Notes: generated from the letters alone by a model not told the origin. A stretch of 64,000 nucleotides of DNA from an uncultured Chitinophagaceae bacterium (GCA_963706775.1 CAVPNF010000013.1:7235-71234); one strand, 5' to 3'. Shown: positions 20,845 to 31,057, counted from the stretch's first letter. Program-made: numbers and translations.

Positions 20845-22224
20845 TTATTCGATTTGGTATTCGGAAAGCTTACGATACAAAGTGGTCAAAGCAATTCCCA
20901 AAAGCTCAGAAGCCTTGGTTTTATTACCATTCGTATAATTCATCACTTTTTGAATATGTATTTTTTCTGCGCTCGCAAGGTCAAAAGCAGACAGCGTTTT
21001 GCCTTTTGATGCGCCTCCGCCATATGACCGGAATTCTATTGGCAAACTATCAACCGTTAACTCATCAGTATCCGCTAAAATCATGCTGCGTTCGAGAACA
21101 TTTCTTAATTCGCGTATATTACCTTTCCAGTTATGTTGCTGCAATGCTTCAAGATACGGCGTGGTAACTGAAGGCATTTTCTTATTGGTTTTAAATGAAA
21201 CAACCCTGAGAAAGTAATCGCATAATTCTTCTATATCCGCAACTCTGTCTCGCAACGGCGGCAATGCAATCTGAAAAACAGCGATACGATAAAACAGGTC
21301 TTCCCTGAAATTACCCACTGTAATTTCCTGTTGCAAATCCTTGTGTGTAGCCGAAATGATCCGTACATCCGTTTTTGTAGACTTACTATCTCCTACTTTC
21401 AAAAATGTGCCCGTTTCTAAAACCCTTAATAACTTTGCCTGTAAATCCAACGGCATATCGCCAACTTCATCCAAAAAGACAGTGCCATTATCAGCCTCTT
21501 CAAAAATACCTTTGGTTTCTTTTAAAGCGCCTGTAAATGCGCCCGCCTTGTGTCCAAACAATTCATTTTCCAATAACTCATGGCTCAGCGCCGAGCAATT
21601 TACCGCGATAAAATTTTGATTGTGACGGGCGCTGCTGTTGTGAATGGCTTGTGCAAATACTTCTTTTCCCGTTCCGGTTTCTCCGGTGAGCAAAACAGAC
21701 GCATCCGTTTTAGCGACTTTTGTTGCGGCATCAATAGCAATTTTTATGAGCTTTGACTTACCGGCAATATTATTGAAGGAATATTTTTCGCCCAAACGTT
21801 TTTCTAATTGTAAAACCTTTTTCGCAAGCTTCACTTTCTCTGTTGCCTGGTAAACTAAAGGGATTATTTTATTATTGTCATCTCCTTTGGTGATATAATC
21901 AAACGCACCATTTTTGATTGCCAGAACGCTATCAGGAATATTTCCGTAGGCGGTTAATAAAATAATTTCTATTGCCGGATATTTTCTCTTTATATCTTTT
22001 GATAAATCCACACCACTCGCATCGGGCAATTTTACATCGCAGATGATTACATCGATTTCAGCAGATTCTAATTTTTTTAAACCACTTCTAGCATCCGCAG
22101 CCTGCAACACTTCGAACCCCTCAAGGCTGATAATTTTCGCCAGGAGCGTTCTGATTTTCTCTTCATCATCAATAATTAAAATCTTGTTCAATCTGTAAAG
22201 ATTTAAAAAGTAATTAGCATGCAA
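20845..22224 (-). CDS. Sigma54-dependent NtrC-family response regulator
   Basis: Receiver (IDDE, CDVKLP), GETGTGKE, GAFTGA, FLDEVG, WKGNIREL, Fis-type HTH. The real start is probably a few codons downstream. Confidence 0.93.
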   Translation of the reverse strand: MHANYFLNLYRLNKILIIDDEEKIRTLLAKIISLEGFEVLQAADARSGLKKLESAEIDVIICDVKLPDASGVDLSKDIKRKYPAIEIILLTAYGNIPDSVLAIKNGAFDYITKGDDNNKIIPLVYQATEKVKLAKKVLQLEKRLGEKYSFNNIAGKSKLIKIAIDAATKVAKTDASVLLTGETGTGKEVFAQAIHNSSARHNQNFIAVNCSALSHELLENELFGHKAGAFTGALKETKGIFEEADNGTVFLDEVGDMPLDLQAKLLRVLETGTFLKVGDSKSTKTDVRIISATHKDLQQEITVGNFREDLFYRIAVFQIALPPLRDRVADIEELCDYFLRVVSFKTNKKMPSVTTPYLEALQQHNWKGNIRELRNVLERSMILADTDELTVDSLPIEFRSYGGGASKGKTLSAFDLASAEKIHIQKVMNYTNGNKTKASELLGIALTTLYRKLSEYQIE

Positions 22225-22292
22225 ATATAAAACGATAACGCCTCATGGTTTTAAACAGGGTTACACATTTATATCTTCTCATTAGTCTTCAT

Positions 22293-22316
22293 CTGAAAAG
22301 CCAAAATGTAGAAATT
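22293..22316 (-). repeat. Dispersed 26-bp motif copy 7
   Basis: Minus strand reads AATT TCTACA TTTTGGCTTTT CAG. Confidence 0.68.
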
Positions 22317-22472
22317 CATAATTTTATAAAACGACCATCCGGATATTTTCAAATTCGCGTTGGATTCAATTCAGAGGATCAACCGTCATACTTTTGATCA
22401 CGCATAACATCAGAATAAAATTTATTCCTACCTTAACCGCGTCTTTATCTACCAATTAATTAAACTCCAAAC

Positions 22473-25088
22473 ATGCAACTTTGCCGTTTACTATTCATAT
22501 TCATTTGCTTTTCTTTCAATCAACTTTATGCGCAAAAAGTCTATGAGCTCAATTCCGGATGGCAATGCATCAACGTGAAAAATATCAAAGAGAATGGAAC
22601 AAAAATATCGTTGCCTTCTTATAAATTGAAAGGTTTCATGCCGGCAACCGTTCCCGGCACGGTGCTGACAACCATGCTCAACAACAAACTGATTCCAGAT
22701 CCTTTTTATGGAATGAACAATGAAAAAATTCCGGACATCTATTACACCGGACGGGATTATTATACTTATTGGTTTGTAAAAGATTTTTCTCAAAAACCTG
22801 CCGATAGTGAACGCCAGGTCTGGCTTAATTTCAGGGGTATTAATTATAGCTGCGACATTTTTTTAAATGGTCACAAATTAAATGATCAAACTTTTTATGG
22901 AATGTTTTTGCGCCAGCAATATAATATTACACCTTGGCTGGCAAAAGACGGAAACAACCGTCTGGCGGTAATTGTGTATCCCCCGGATCCTGTCGGCGCG
23001 CCCAATGGCGGCCAGGGTGGTGATGGAACGATTGCCAAAAATGTTTCGCATCAATATGTAGCGGGATGGGACTGGATACAACCCGTGCGGGATCGCAATA
23101 CCGGCATCTGGGACAAAGTGACCATTGAAGAAACCGGCGCAGTTAATGTTCAGAATGTGCACGTGATCACATCAGTTCCCGGCAAACGATCGGTAGAAGG
23201 AATTCAACAACCAGCGATTATAAAAGTTTCTGCAGAATTATCGAATTCATCAAAAAAAATAATCCGCGGAACGCTTCAATACGAATTAGCCGGTCAAAAA
23301 ATTTCCACAGAAGTTTCGGTACAGCCCGGTGAAAATATGATAGCAAAGTTACCTGATTATGATTTGCGCGATCCTAAACTTTGGTGGCCAAACGGTTATG
23401 GCAAACAAGATCTATACAATATTCAATTAAAATTTATTACGGATGATCAGCAAATAAGTGATGTTGAAAACATAACCTTTGGCGTGCGCGAAATCAATAC
23501 GACCTGGAACACGGTCACCCGCAGCAGGGAAGTATTGGTCAATGGACAAAAAATATTTATCAAAGGTGGCAACTGGATTATCTCTGATGAAATGCTTCGT
23601 TTTTCTGATGCGCGATATGACGCAGAAATCAGGTTTCACCGCGATATGAATCTTAACCTCATTCGCATTTGGGGCGGTGCCATTACCGAGCGTCCGGAAT
23701 TCTATAATGCTTGTGACCGGTACGGATTGCTGGTGATGCAGGATTTCTGGAATTCCGGCGACTGCAATGGCCGATGGATGGATCCAAAAAAGAAAGACGA
23801 CCAGTGGACAAGAAGAAAATACCCTGATGATCACCAACTATTTCTTGCATCCGTCGTTGACCAGGTGAAGATGCTTCGCAATCATCCTTCACTTGCGCTG
23901 TGGTGTGGTGGAAATGAAATTACACCACCTGAAGATATATTGGTTGCGATGCGCGATTCAATCATGCCTCAATTGGACGGAACAAGATACTTTATTGAAT
24001 ATTCCAACTCAGACAGCATGTCGTTTAATCCCTTCGGAGGCAATGGCGACGGGCCTTATGGCATACAAAATATCAATACTTTTTGGGAACACCGGACATA
24101 TCCATTTAATTCAGAAGTGGGTTCCGTGGGATTAGGAGATTATGCATCTTTAGAAAGATTTATCCCAAAAGAAAATATGCAGCTGCCGGATAAACAAATT
24201 GATTCCGTTTGGCAATATCATAAATACAGTGGCTATGATCATTATATCGATGCTTATGGGCCACCAAAAGATGTAAAAGATTTTGCCGACAAGGCTCAGC
24301 TTGTAAATTATGATCAGTACCGCGCGTTGGCCGAAGGTTTCAGCGCATCGATGTGGGAATGGTACACGGGCTTTATCATTTGGAAAACACAAAATCCATG
24401 GACTGCCATGAGAGGTCAGATGTATGATTATTATCTTGATCCTAACGCTTGCTTATACGGACTTCATAAAGGCGGCGAAGCCTTTCATGTAATGTATAAT
24501 CCGGCAGATGGAATGGTGATGATCGCCAACAATACTTTTAGCGCCAAACATAATATTATGCTACAAGTAAAAGCGTATAATATGGATGGAAAAGATTCCC
24601 TCATCACACAAGTATTTTCAGAAATTGAACCTACACGTTCCAAAAAATATTTTTCGGTAAAACGAGGCTTAGACCGCCTGGCAAAAGATGAAGGCGTGTT
24701 TTTATCCCTGCGCCTGCTTGATGAAAACAAAGAATTATTGAGCGATAATTTATATTGGCTTCCGGATGCAACAGGAAATTATTCGGGCCTGCAACGAATG
24801 AAAAAAGCAGCTGTAAAATTTACAGCAACTAAAATTGAAGCCGGAAAAATTGAAGTAATGATTAATAATCCGAAAGGCAATCCGGTGGCGTTTTTCAACC
24901 GGCTTTCACTTATCAATCCCAAAACAAAACAAAGAATATTGCCCACATTTTATAGCGATAATTATATCTCTGTTTTGCCCGGCGAAGCGCAAAAAATAAT
25001 CATTGATTACCATTCTGAAAAAAACGTACAGCCAAAAGTGGAATTATACGGCTGGAATGTGGAGCAACAGGTAATTGACATTAAATAG
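22473..25088 (+). CDS. Glycoside hydrolase family 2 (beta-mannosidase/endo-beta-mannosidase-like)
   Basis: Signal peptide, ATVPGTV, GWDW, KGGNWI, RIWGG, WCGGNE, DGPY and FNSEVGSVG. Confidence 0.88.
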   Translation: MQLCRLLFIFICFSFNQLYAQKVYELNSGWQCINVKNIKENGTKISLPSYKLKGFMPATVPGTVLTTMLNNKLIPDPFYGMNNEKIPDIYYTGRDYYTYWFVKDFSQKPADSERQVWLNFRGINYSCDIFLNGHKLNDQTFYGMFLRQQYNITPWLAKDGNNRLAVIVYPPDPVGAPNGGQGGDGTIAKNVSHQYVAGWDWIQPVRDRNTGIWDKVTIEETGAVNVQNVHVITSVPGKRSVEGIQQPAIIKVSAELSNSSKKIIRGTLQYELAGQKISTEVSVQPGENMIAKLPDYDLRDPKLWWPNGYGKQDLYNIQLKFITDDQQISDVENITFGVREINTTWNTVTRSREVLVNGQKIFIKGGNWIISDEMLRFSDARYDAEIRFHRDMNLNLIRIWGGAITERPEFYNACDRYGLLVMQDFWNSGDCNGRWMDPKKKDDQWTRRKYPDDHQLFLASVVDQVKMLRNHPSLALWCGGNEITPPEDILVAMRDSIMPQLDGTRYFIEYSNSDSMSFNPFGGNGDGPYGIQNINTFWEHRTYPFNSEVGSVGLGDYASLERFIPKENMQLPDKQIDSVWQYHKYSGYDHYIDAYGPPKDVKDFADKAQLVNYDQYRALAEGFSASMWEWYTGFIIWKTQNPWTAMRGQMYDYYLDPNACLYGLHKGGEAFHVMYNPADGMVMIANNTFSAKHNIMLQVKAYNMDGKDSLITQVFSEIEPTRSKKYFSVKRGLDRLAKDEGVFLSLRLLDENKELLSDNLYWLPDATGNYSGLQRMKKAAVKFTATKIEAGKIEVMINNPKGNPVAFFNRLSLINPKTKQRILPTFYSDNYISVLPGEAQKIIIDYHSEKNVQPKVELYGWNVEQQVIDIK

Positions 25089-26190
25089 TTTTTCGTTTAG
25101 CCGTCAAATATTGTCTTAGAGGGATGTCATAAAATTTCATCACGACGTAGGCAAACATTACCAGGACAATCGTTCCAACTATGATGATAAAAGAAAGCTG
25201 CATGGTTCCCGGTTGATATTTGGTGTAATAATTTAAAAACATCCAGATGGCTGCATAATGAGTCATGTATAATGGATAGGAAATTTTTCCCGAAAAAATA
25301 CAAATCTTACGCAAACCCTCTGATAGCCTGGCTCCTGCGCCCAGGGAAATAAGAAGCGGAAAATAAAAAAGCACGACAAATGGTTCTGTAAGCCAGTTCC
25401 ATTTATCATTAAACGGCATGATGAATGCCAGTGCCAGCAAGATTGATAATCCGATAAAACCAAGCCTCGACTTAATAATTAAGTTGGAGCGATAGACCAA
25501 CATTCCGGCTAAAAATGAATACGAAATGCGGGCACATCCATCCCAAAAATTTTCTCCACCCCAGCCGCCCATGAGCGAGCCACCTGCGCGGTAGCAAACG
25601 TAACATAGCGCTATGGCAGAAAGCGAGGTTAAGATAAATAAAAACCGGCGGCTTAGTTTGTACAGAATAAGGGCATAAAATATATTGGCCACATATTCCC
25701 AGAACAAAGACCATGCAGGGGCATTTAATCCAAAGAGGTTGAAAGAGCGCTCAGCCATTGAGGGAAAAGGAATCATCAAAACCGAGGCAAGAAATATCAG
25801 CAATATTTTGCCAAAACTGTATAATTCAGGATGGCCACCAAATGGATCAAAAAGAAAACTTAATAATCCTAACACCGTACCGAAAACAACCAAAGGATGC
25901 AGCCTGATCAACCTTGATTTAAAAAACTCTTTAACACCCATTTTCCCGATACGGTTATCATATGCATAGGCGATCACAAAACCTGACAGGCAAAAGAAAA
26001 AATCCACCGCTAAGAATCCATGCGCGATAAAATTTGCACTATAATCTGAATAAGCCATTTCCATAAAATGAAAAAGTACAACGGCCAAAGCCGCAACGCC
26101 TCTAAGGCCGTCAAGGATCTCAAAATGTGTTTTGGTTTTTAAAATAGAAGGATGTATTCCAGGTACAGCGTGGTTCTTCGGGGCCGGCAT
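25081..26190 (-). CDS. Acyltransferase family 3 (membrane O-acyltransferase)
   Basis: LDGLRGVAA, AVDFFFCLSGFV, R..RLHP, WSL.WEY and G.ISYPLY.H motifs. Confidence 0.92.
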   Translation of the reverse strand: MPAPKNHAVPGIHPSILKTKTHFEILDGLRGVAALAVVLFHFMEMAYSDYSANFIAHGFLAVDFFFCLSGFVIAYAYDNRIGKMGVKEFFKSRLIRLHPLVVFGTVLGLLSFLFDPFGGHPELYSFGKILLIFLASVLMIPFPSMAERSFNLFGLNAPAWSLFWEYVANIFYALILYKLSRRFLFILTSLSAIALCYVCYRAGGSLMGGWGGENFWDGCARISYSFLAGMLVYRSNLIIKSRLGFIGLSILLALAFIMPFNDKWNWLTEPFVVLFYFPLLISLGAGARLSEGLRKICIFSGKISYPLYMTHYAAIWMFLNYYTKYQPGTMQLSFIIIVGTIVLVMFAYVVMKFYDIPLRQYLTAKRKTI

Positions 26191-26251
26191 TCAGTAGGGA
26201 TTTTAAAGAAAAAAACAAAAATAAAATTGATAGATGGGCAAATTTTTGAGA

Positions 26252-26632
26252 TTATTTCCCCACTTTGTCCACCGGTCTAAAACGCAGTCCGCTCCAGGTA
26301 TCGTCGATCGAAATCGCTGTCACTGTTGTAATGCCAAAGCCTTCGGATGTAACACGAATCGTGTCACGGTTAATATCTGTTTTAACCTTTGAGGTTCCTT
26401 TAGGATAAGCAAACCATAACACACTATCGGGTTCTATTAAAAGCAACTTATTTTTAAGAAAATCCAGGAGTTCTTTATTATCATAAATAAAAACAAGGGT
26501 GTTCGTGCTTTTCGTTTTTTTATCGAGGACGGTTTCAAAACCAAGCCTGATAAACTCCTGTTCAATGGCAGCCGGCGCATTAATGATAACACCGTTACCT
26601 CTGAATTTAAATTTTTTAATTATATCTTCCAT
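26252..26632 (-). CDS. Conserved hypothetical protein
   Basis: LWFAYPKGTSK..TDINRD and AISIDDTWSGLRFRP motifs (DUF3052-like). Confidence 0.75.
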   Translation of the reverse strand: MEDIIKKFKFRGNGVIINAPAAIEQEFIRLGFETVLDKKTKSTNTLVFIYDNKELLDFLKNKLLLIEPDSVLWFAYPKGTSKVKTDINRDTIRVTSEGFGITTVTAISIDDTWSGLRFRPVDKVGK

Positions 26633-26988
26633 TATTTTGTGGTTCTTTTATTGTGAAACATTCCTCCTAAAACAGACGTTGGCGCAAAGATAAAAATAGC
26701 AAGAAATTGTGTCCAATGTTTTCCGCCGGATTTAATCAATGAGAAGAAGGCAAATCCTGCAATAACAAAAGCGAGAATATAATTCACCTGGAGTCCTTTG
26801 GCGAGCGAAATATTTCGGGCTACAGCGCCCGCAACGAATGAAAATAACAGTCCGTAAAAAGCAGCGAAAAGCATAAACAAAACGGTCGCTTCTAAATGCG
26901 GGTCCTGTTTTGATATCTTAAACAGCAGCAGGGAGGTTAACACAAAAATTGCATAGCCCACAACAATCCCCAAAATTTTTCTGATCAT
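26632..26988 (-). CDS. Small membrane protein
   Basis: Four hydrophobic segments. The start is set at MIRKILG (26988). Confidence 0.65.
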   Translation of the reverse strand: MIRKILGIVVGYAIFVLTSLLLFKISKQDPHLEATVLFMLFAAFYGLLFSFVAGAVARNISLAKGLQVNYILAFVIAGFAFFSLIKSGGKHWTQFLAIFIFAPTSVLGGMFHNKRTTK

Positions 26989-27088
26989 GTCTTTTGAACT
27001 TATTTTTATTAGTAGATGCGCGCGATCATTCCGTTTGTCCAATTTGTTACAACACAAAGATCACGGTAAATATCCGCCAACTTCTTTT

Positions 27089-27538
27089 CTATTCAATTTT
27101 TTCAACTAAATATTTCTTTCCGTTAATTTCAGCGGAAGCGCCCACTTTCAAGCCCATCAATTTTTGCCCTAATGGCGATGCCGGGGATAACGCGATCACT
27201 TCAGTGCCTTCAATGGAAGCCTTGCCCAGCGCAACGCTGACAAACAAATATCCATTGCTGGTTTTAACAAGACTGCCATTTACAATCATCAAAGCATTTA
27301 TATCAGTATCTATTTTTTCAATCACCGATTTTTTTGCCACTGCATCCTGCAATTGGCCCCGTACATTTGCCTGCTCGATTTGCAACATCGCTAGCGCGGT
27401 TTCATGCTTATCGCCGGCAGTGCTTTTCGTTTCATTGCTGCCACTTTCTTTCAGGTCAGCCAAAACTTTTTGAAGCATCTCTACTTTATCATTTGCAACT
27501 TTGAGATAGTGATTGTATACCTTATGTTTAAAATTCAT
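27089..27538 (-). CDS. GreA/GreB C-terminal-like protein of Bacteroidota
   Basis: ETKSTAGDKHETALAM and ISP.SPLG..L.G.K.G motifs. Confidence 0.8.
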   Translation of the reverse strand: MNFKHKVYNHYLKVANDKVEMLQKVLADLKESGSNETKSTAGDKHETALAMLQIEQANVRGQLQDAVAKKSVIEKIDTDINALMIVNGSLVKTSNGYLFVSVALGKASIEGTEVIALSPASPLGQKLMGLKVGASAEINGKKYLVEKIE

Positions 27539-27570
27539 AGATTCAAAAAATAATCATTTAAAAAATTATA

Positions 27571-27977
27571 TCAAACGGGTTGGACGGACGCTTTCCGGGT
27601 AACGCTATCCTTTACAACCCACGCCCACAGCAGAATTACAAATTGTAATACCAACCGGATCACGGCAACCCAATGACTGCCTATGGCAGGTACTATCACT
27701 AAAAACATCTGCTACATGAATCGGCAGAAATATCAACATTAGCAAAAATATTCCCCAGCCGCCGGAGATTGCATACTTATTACTCAACAACATTACATCC
27801 CAATAAAATTTCAACGACGCCGGAAGCATAGATAATGAAAATCTTCAGCGGAAGAAATTTAGGAACAAAAGGAATATACATTTCGTGCTTTGCAAAATGC
27901 ATCAATCCCGCACCGATCATAAACAAGGCGAGAATCACCCTTAATAAAAAGAAAATTTTACGTCCAATATTTCTCAT
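27571..27977 (-). pseudogene. DoxX/MauE-like membrane protein with two frameshifts
   Basis: GAGLMHF...VP.FLP...SGVVEILLG. A shift near 27790 continues VMLLSNKYAISGGWG..FLPIHV. A shift near 27690 continues PAIGSHWVAVIRLVLQFVILLWAW to TGA 27571. Confidence 0.65.
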
Positions 27978-28091
27978 CGATGCCCATTTTTTTGAAAAGG
28001 TAGGTGAAATTTTATTAGATGAGTTTTGTTTAAATGATCCTTTACTGTTTAAGCCATCGACCATAACTTCCACGGTGAATTCAGATTGTCA

Positions 28092-28157
28092 AAGGTTGCC
28101 AACCTTCAAGAAGTTATTCCAAACTTAAAAATACTAATTCCGAAGGTTGGCAAACTT
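28092..28157. repeat. REP-like palindrome doublet
   Basis: AAGGTTGCCAACCTT (28092-28106) and inverted imperfect copy AAGGTTGGCAAACTT (28143-28157). Confidence 0.5.
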
Positions 28158-28219
28158 AGAAATCGAGTGCAATTTAAAAACACCGACTTAACAAAAGCCA
28201 ACTTAAAATATCGCTATTT

Positions 28220-29671
28220 TTGTTGACGATGATCTCATTTATGAAATCCATTTCGTTCGCCACGCTCACCATTTCGATCTTTTTAACGATCGCCTGCCAC
28301 GGTAAAAATTCCGGTGAAAGCGCCAATGAATCAAGGCTACAAGATTCTGCAGTTGTCAGGAATGAAACCTCAACTGATAGCTTTCCAACAGGAAAATTGA
28401 TTGACCGCGTTCTCTGTAAATCCGATCCCACAGAGTCTTACGCTTTATATATTCCTGCTAAAGATGGAAATAAAATCTTGCCCGTCATTTATTTTTTTGA
28501 TCCACATGGCGACGGATTGCTACCCGTAAAAAAATACAAAGCATTAGCCGATATTTATCATTTCATTTTGATCGGTAGCAATAATTCGAAGAACGGAAAT
28601 GACTGGACCGCGACCGAAGATATATGGAAAGTTTTGTCGGATGATTCTCAAAAGCGCTTACCAATTGATGCAAAAAGAATTTACACGGGCGGATTTTCCG
28701 GAGGCGCAAAAGTGGCTACATATATCGCGTTAACTCATCCGGACATCCGCGGAGTTATTGCGGGAGGCGCGGCATTAGCTGAGATGGCGGCGAAAGGTGA
28801 AAATCTACATTTTAGCTTTTCAGGCATCGTGGGCCAGGGCGATATGAACATGACTGATCTTGTCGCAATTAATAATTCCCTGGATAAAACCGCAACAAGA
28901 CACCGGCTTATTTTTTTCGATGGCAAACATGAATGGGCACCTGAAAGCACTATGAACATTGCATTTGCCGGGTTGCAACTCGATGCGATGGCGAATAAAA
29001 TAGAGCCTGCGGATGAACATTTTATCAGCCAATATGTTGAAGGAAGCAAAGGGAGGATTGACGCCTTTATATCAAAACAAAATTATTTACGGGCCGGCGA
29101 CGAATGCAAAGTTGCCGTCAGCTTTCTTGATGGCGTGACCGATAAAGTGAATTGGTTTAAAGAAAAAGATTCCCAAATTCAAATGAATTCTGCTTACAAA
29201 AAACAACGGCAACTAACAGATGAATTGGTTGCTACAGAAAATCAAATCAAAGAAGGATTCATGCAAAAGTTTCAACAACCGGATATAAATTATTGGAATA
29301 AGGAAATTAAGGATGTGCAAATGAAAGCAATGGCCAACACCGCAAACGGTGCGATGTATCAGCGCCTGCAGGCTTATTTATCGCTGGCATTTTATTCATT
29401 CAGCAACCAGTTGATCAACCAAAACCAGGACGATGGCGCAAAATATTTTGTTGAACTTTATAAGATGGCCGATCCTGCCAATCCTGAAGCATGGTATTTT
29501 TCAGCAATCCTTGATGCAAGAGAAAATAACGCCGGCGCTACGGAATCTGATTTAAATAAATCAGTAGCCAATGGTTTTAATGATAAAGAGCGTCTTGAAA
29601 AACAATCGGAATTTCAGCGTTTGGGCTCAAAAATAAACCTTGCAGCAATTGAGCAAAAAATAAAACCTTAA
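28220..29671 (+). CDS. Putative lipoprotein: alpha/beta hydrolase + C-terminal helical (TPR-like) region
   Basis: LTIAC lipobox, GFSGGA nucleophile elbow, FDGKHEW, helical C-terminus. Confidence 0.7.
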   Translation: MLTMISFMKSISFATLTISIFLTIACHGKNSGESANESRLQDSAVVRNETSTDSFPTGKLIDRVLCKSDPTESYALYIPAKDGNKILPVIYFFDPHGDGLLPVKKYKALADIYHFILIGSNNSKNGNDWTATEDIWKVLSDDSQKRLPIDAKRIYTGGFSGGAKVATYIALTHPDIRGVIAGGAALAEMAAKGENLHFSFSGIVGQGDMNMTDLVAINNSLDKTATRHRLIFFDGKHEWAPESTMNIAFAGLQLDAMANKIEPADEHFISQYVEGSKGRIDAFISKQNYLRAGDECKVAVSFLDGVTDKVNWFKEKDSQIQMNSAYKKQRQLTDELVATENQIKEGFMQKFQQPDINYWNKEIKDVQMKAMANTANGAMYQRLQAYLSLAFYSFSNQLINQNQDDGAKYFVELYKMADPANPEAWYFSAILDARENNAGATESDLNKSVANGFNDKERLEKQSEFQRLGSKINLAAIEQKIKP

Positions 29672-29709
29672 AAGTGGACGCGGCGCTGTTTTTCATGTTA
29701 ACAAATTAT

Positions 29710-29735
29710 CAAAATCTACAAAATGGCTTATGACG
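29710..29735 (+). repeat. Dispersed 26-bp motif copy 8
   Basis: CAAAA TCTACA AAATGGCTTAT GACG. Confidence 0.7.
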
Positions 29736-29857
29736 AGAGACTCTTTGGGAGCAACTTCGCATCAGCTATCGATCATGCATCGTTTCTTTTTGAAATTGTC
29801 CGGGCTCCACAGCCTCTGTATTTGCGCCATGATACCCCACTCCTTCTCTACAACAAT

Positions 29858-30771
29858 TTAATTAAACGACTTCCTGAATTCCAAAGGCGAAATATTGGTT
29901 TTTGTTTTAAATAATTTACTGAAAGATTGCGAGTGTTCAAATCCCAGGTCATACGCAATTTCACTTACAGTCAAATCCGTTGTGGACAGCTTTTCCTTCG
30001 CTTTTTCAATCAGTTTGTTGTGAATATGTTGCTGTGTCGATTGGCCGGTGAGTACTTTAGCAATCCGCTTAAATAATTGGGTGATACATTCAATTCATTC
30101 GCAACATCATGCACTCCTGGAATTCCTTTTGATACCAAATCATTATTATTGAAATAGTCCGTCAGCAAGGCTTCCAAACGATCGAGCACCTGGTGATTCG
30201 CCTTCTTGCGCGTGATGAACTGCCTTTGATAAAACCGCTCTGCATAGTTGAGCAGGGTTTCAATTTGAGCGATGATGATTCCCTGGCTAAACTTATCGAT
30301 GTTTGAGTGGTACTCATCTTTAATATTCTGAATAATATTGTTGAGCGTGGCTTCTTCCTTTTCCGAAAGAAACAACGCTTCATGCACGGAATAATCAAAA
30401 TATTCGTACTGCCTGATGTTTTTAGCCAATGAGGTATTCCAGATAAAATCCGGATGGATCAATAATATCCACCCTGAGGGCTGCTCAACGCCGTGTGGAG
30501 CAGGAGTTGTTTGCAACACCTGCCCCGGAGCCAAAAAGTACATTACGCCTTCGTCAAAATCATATTCCTGCTGGCCATAGCGCATTTTGCCACTCAGACC
30601 GCGTTTCACAGAAATGCTATAATAATCGCCAAAGATCGCCTGCACTTCATTAGTCCTTTTAGCAGCCGCCACCTCAGCATAATCTACCACGCTGATGAGC
30701 GGATGCGCGGGCGGCGGCAAATAGTTGACGCGGTGAAACTCAGTGATGCTTTTGATGTGAAAGGGTTTCAT
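29858..30771 (-). CDS. AraC-family regulator, with one -1 frameshift near 30057
   Basis: YDFDEG motif. Adding one A in CTAAAGTAC restores LLKVLTGQSTQQHIHNKLIEKAKEKL...LGFEHSQSFSKLFKTKTNISPLEFRKSFN*. Confidence 0.88.
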
Positions 30772-30855
30772 AGAACTAAAGTAATTAAATTATAGAATTG
30801 AGCATTTAGATAGTGATGGTGCATTTCAAATTGAATTCAAGCCCTGTTTTAGTCT

Positions 30856-30904
30856 TTTCTTTTTTGCTTGAACAAAAAAGAAACAATCCCGATAGCTATC
30901 GGGA
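30856..30904. repeat. REP-like palindromes
   Basis: TTTCTTTTTTG-CTTGAA-CAAAAAAGAAA (30856-30883) and perfect TCCCGATAGCTATCGGGA (30887-30904). Confidence 0.6.
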
Positions 30905-31057
30905 CAAGGAAAACCCGATCGCTCCGCGCGTTTTTCCGGCCATCCCACTGTTTGGACACAATCTTTCTGATGAATCTTCAGACCTCTAATCAGTTCAGGT
31001 GTTCATTCAATAAATCCTCATGACCTAAACCCGTTATTCTATTAAATTATAAAATCA

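Noticed and set aside
29723-29914. ORF MAYDERL..., resembling a TfoX-type start, and similarly MAYDAS... at 42703-42921
   Set aside because: The MAYD start is just the translation of the dispersed motif (TGGCTTATGAC). The rest has no family features, and 29723-29914 overlaps the AraC 3' end.
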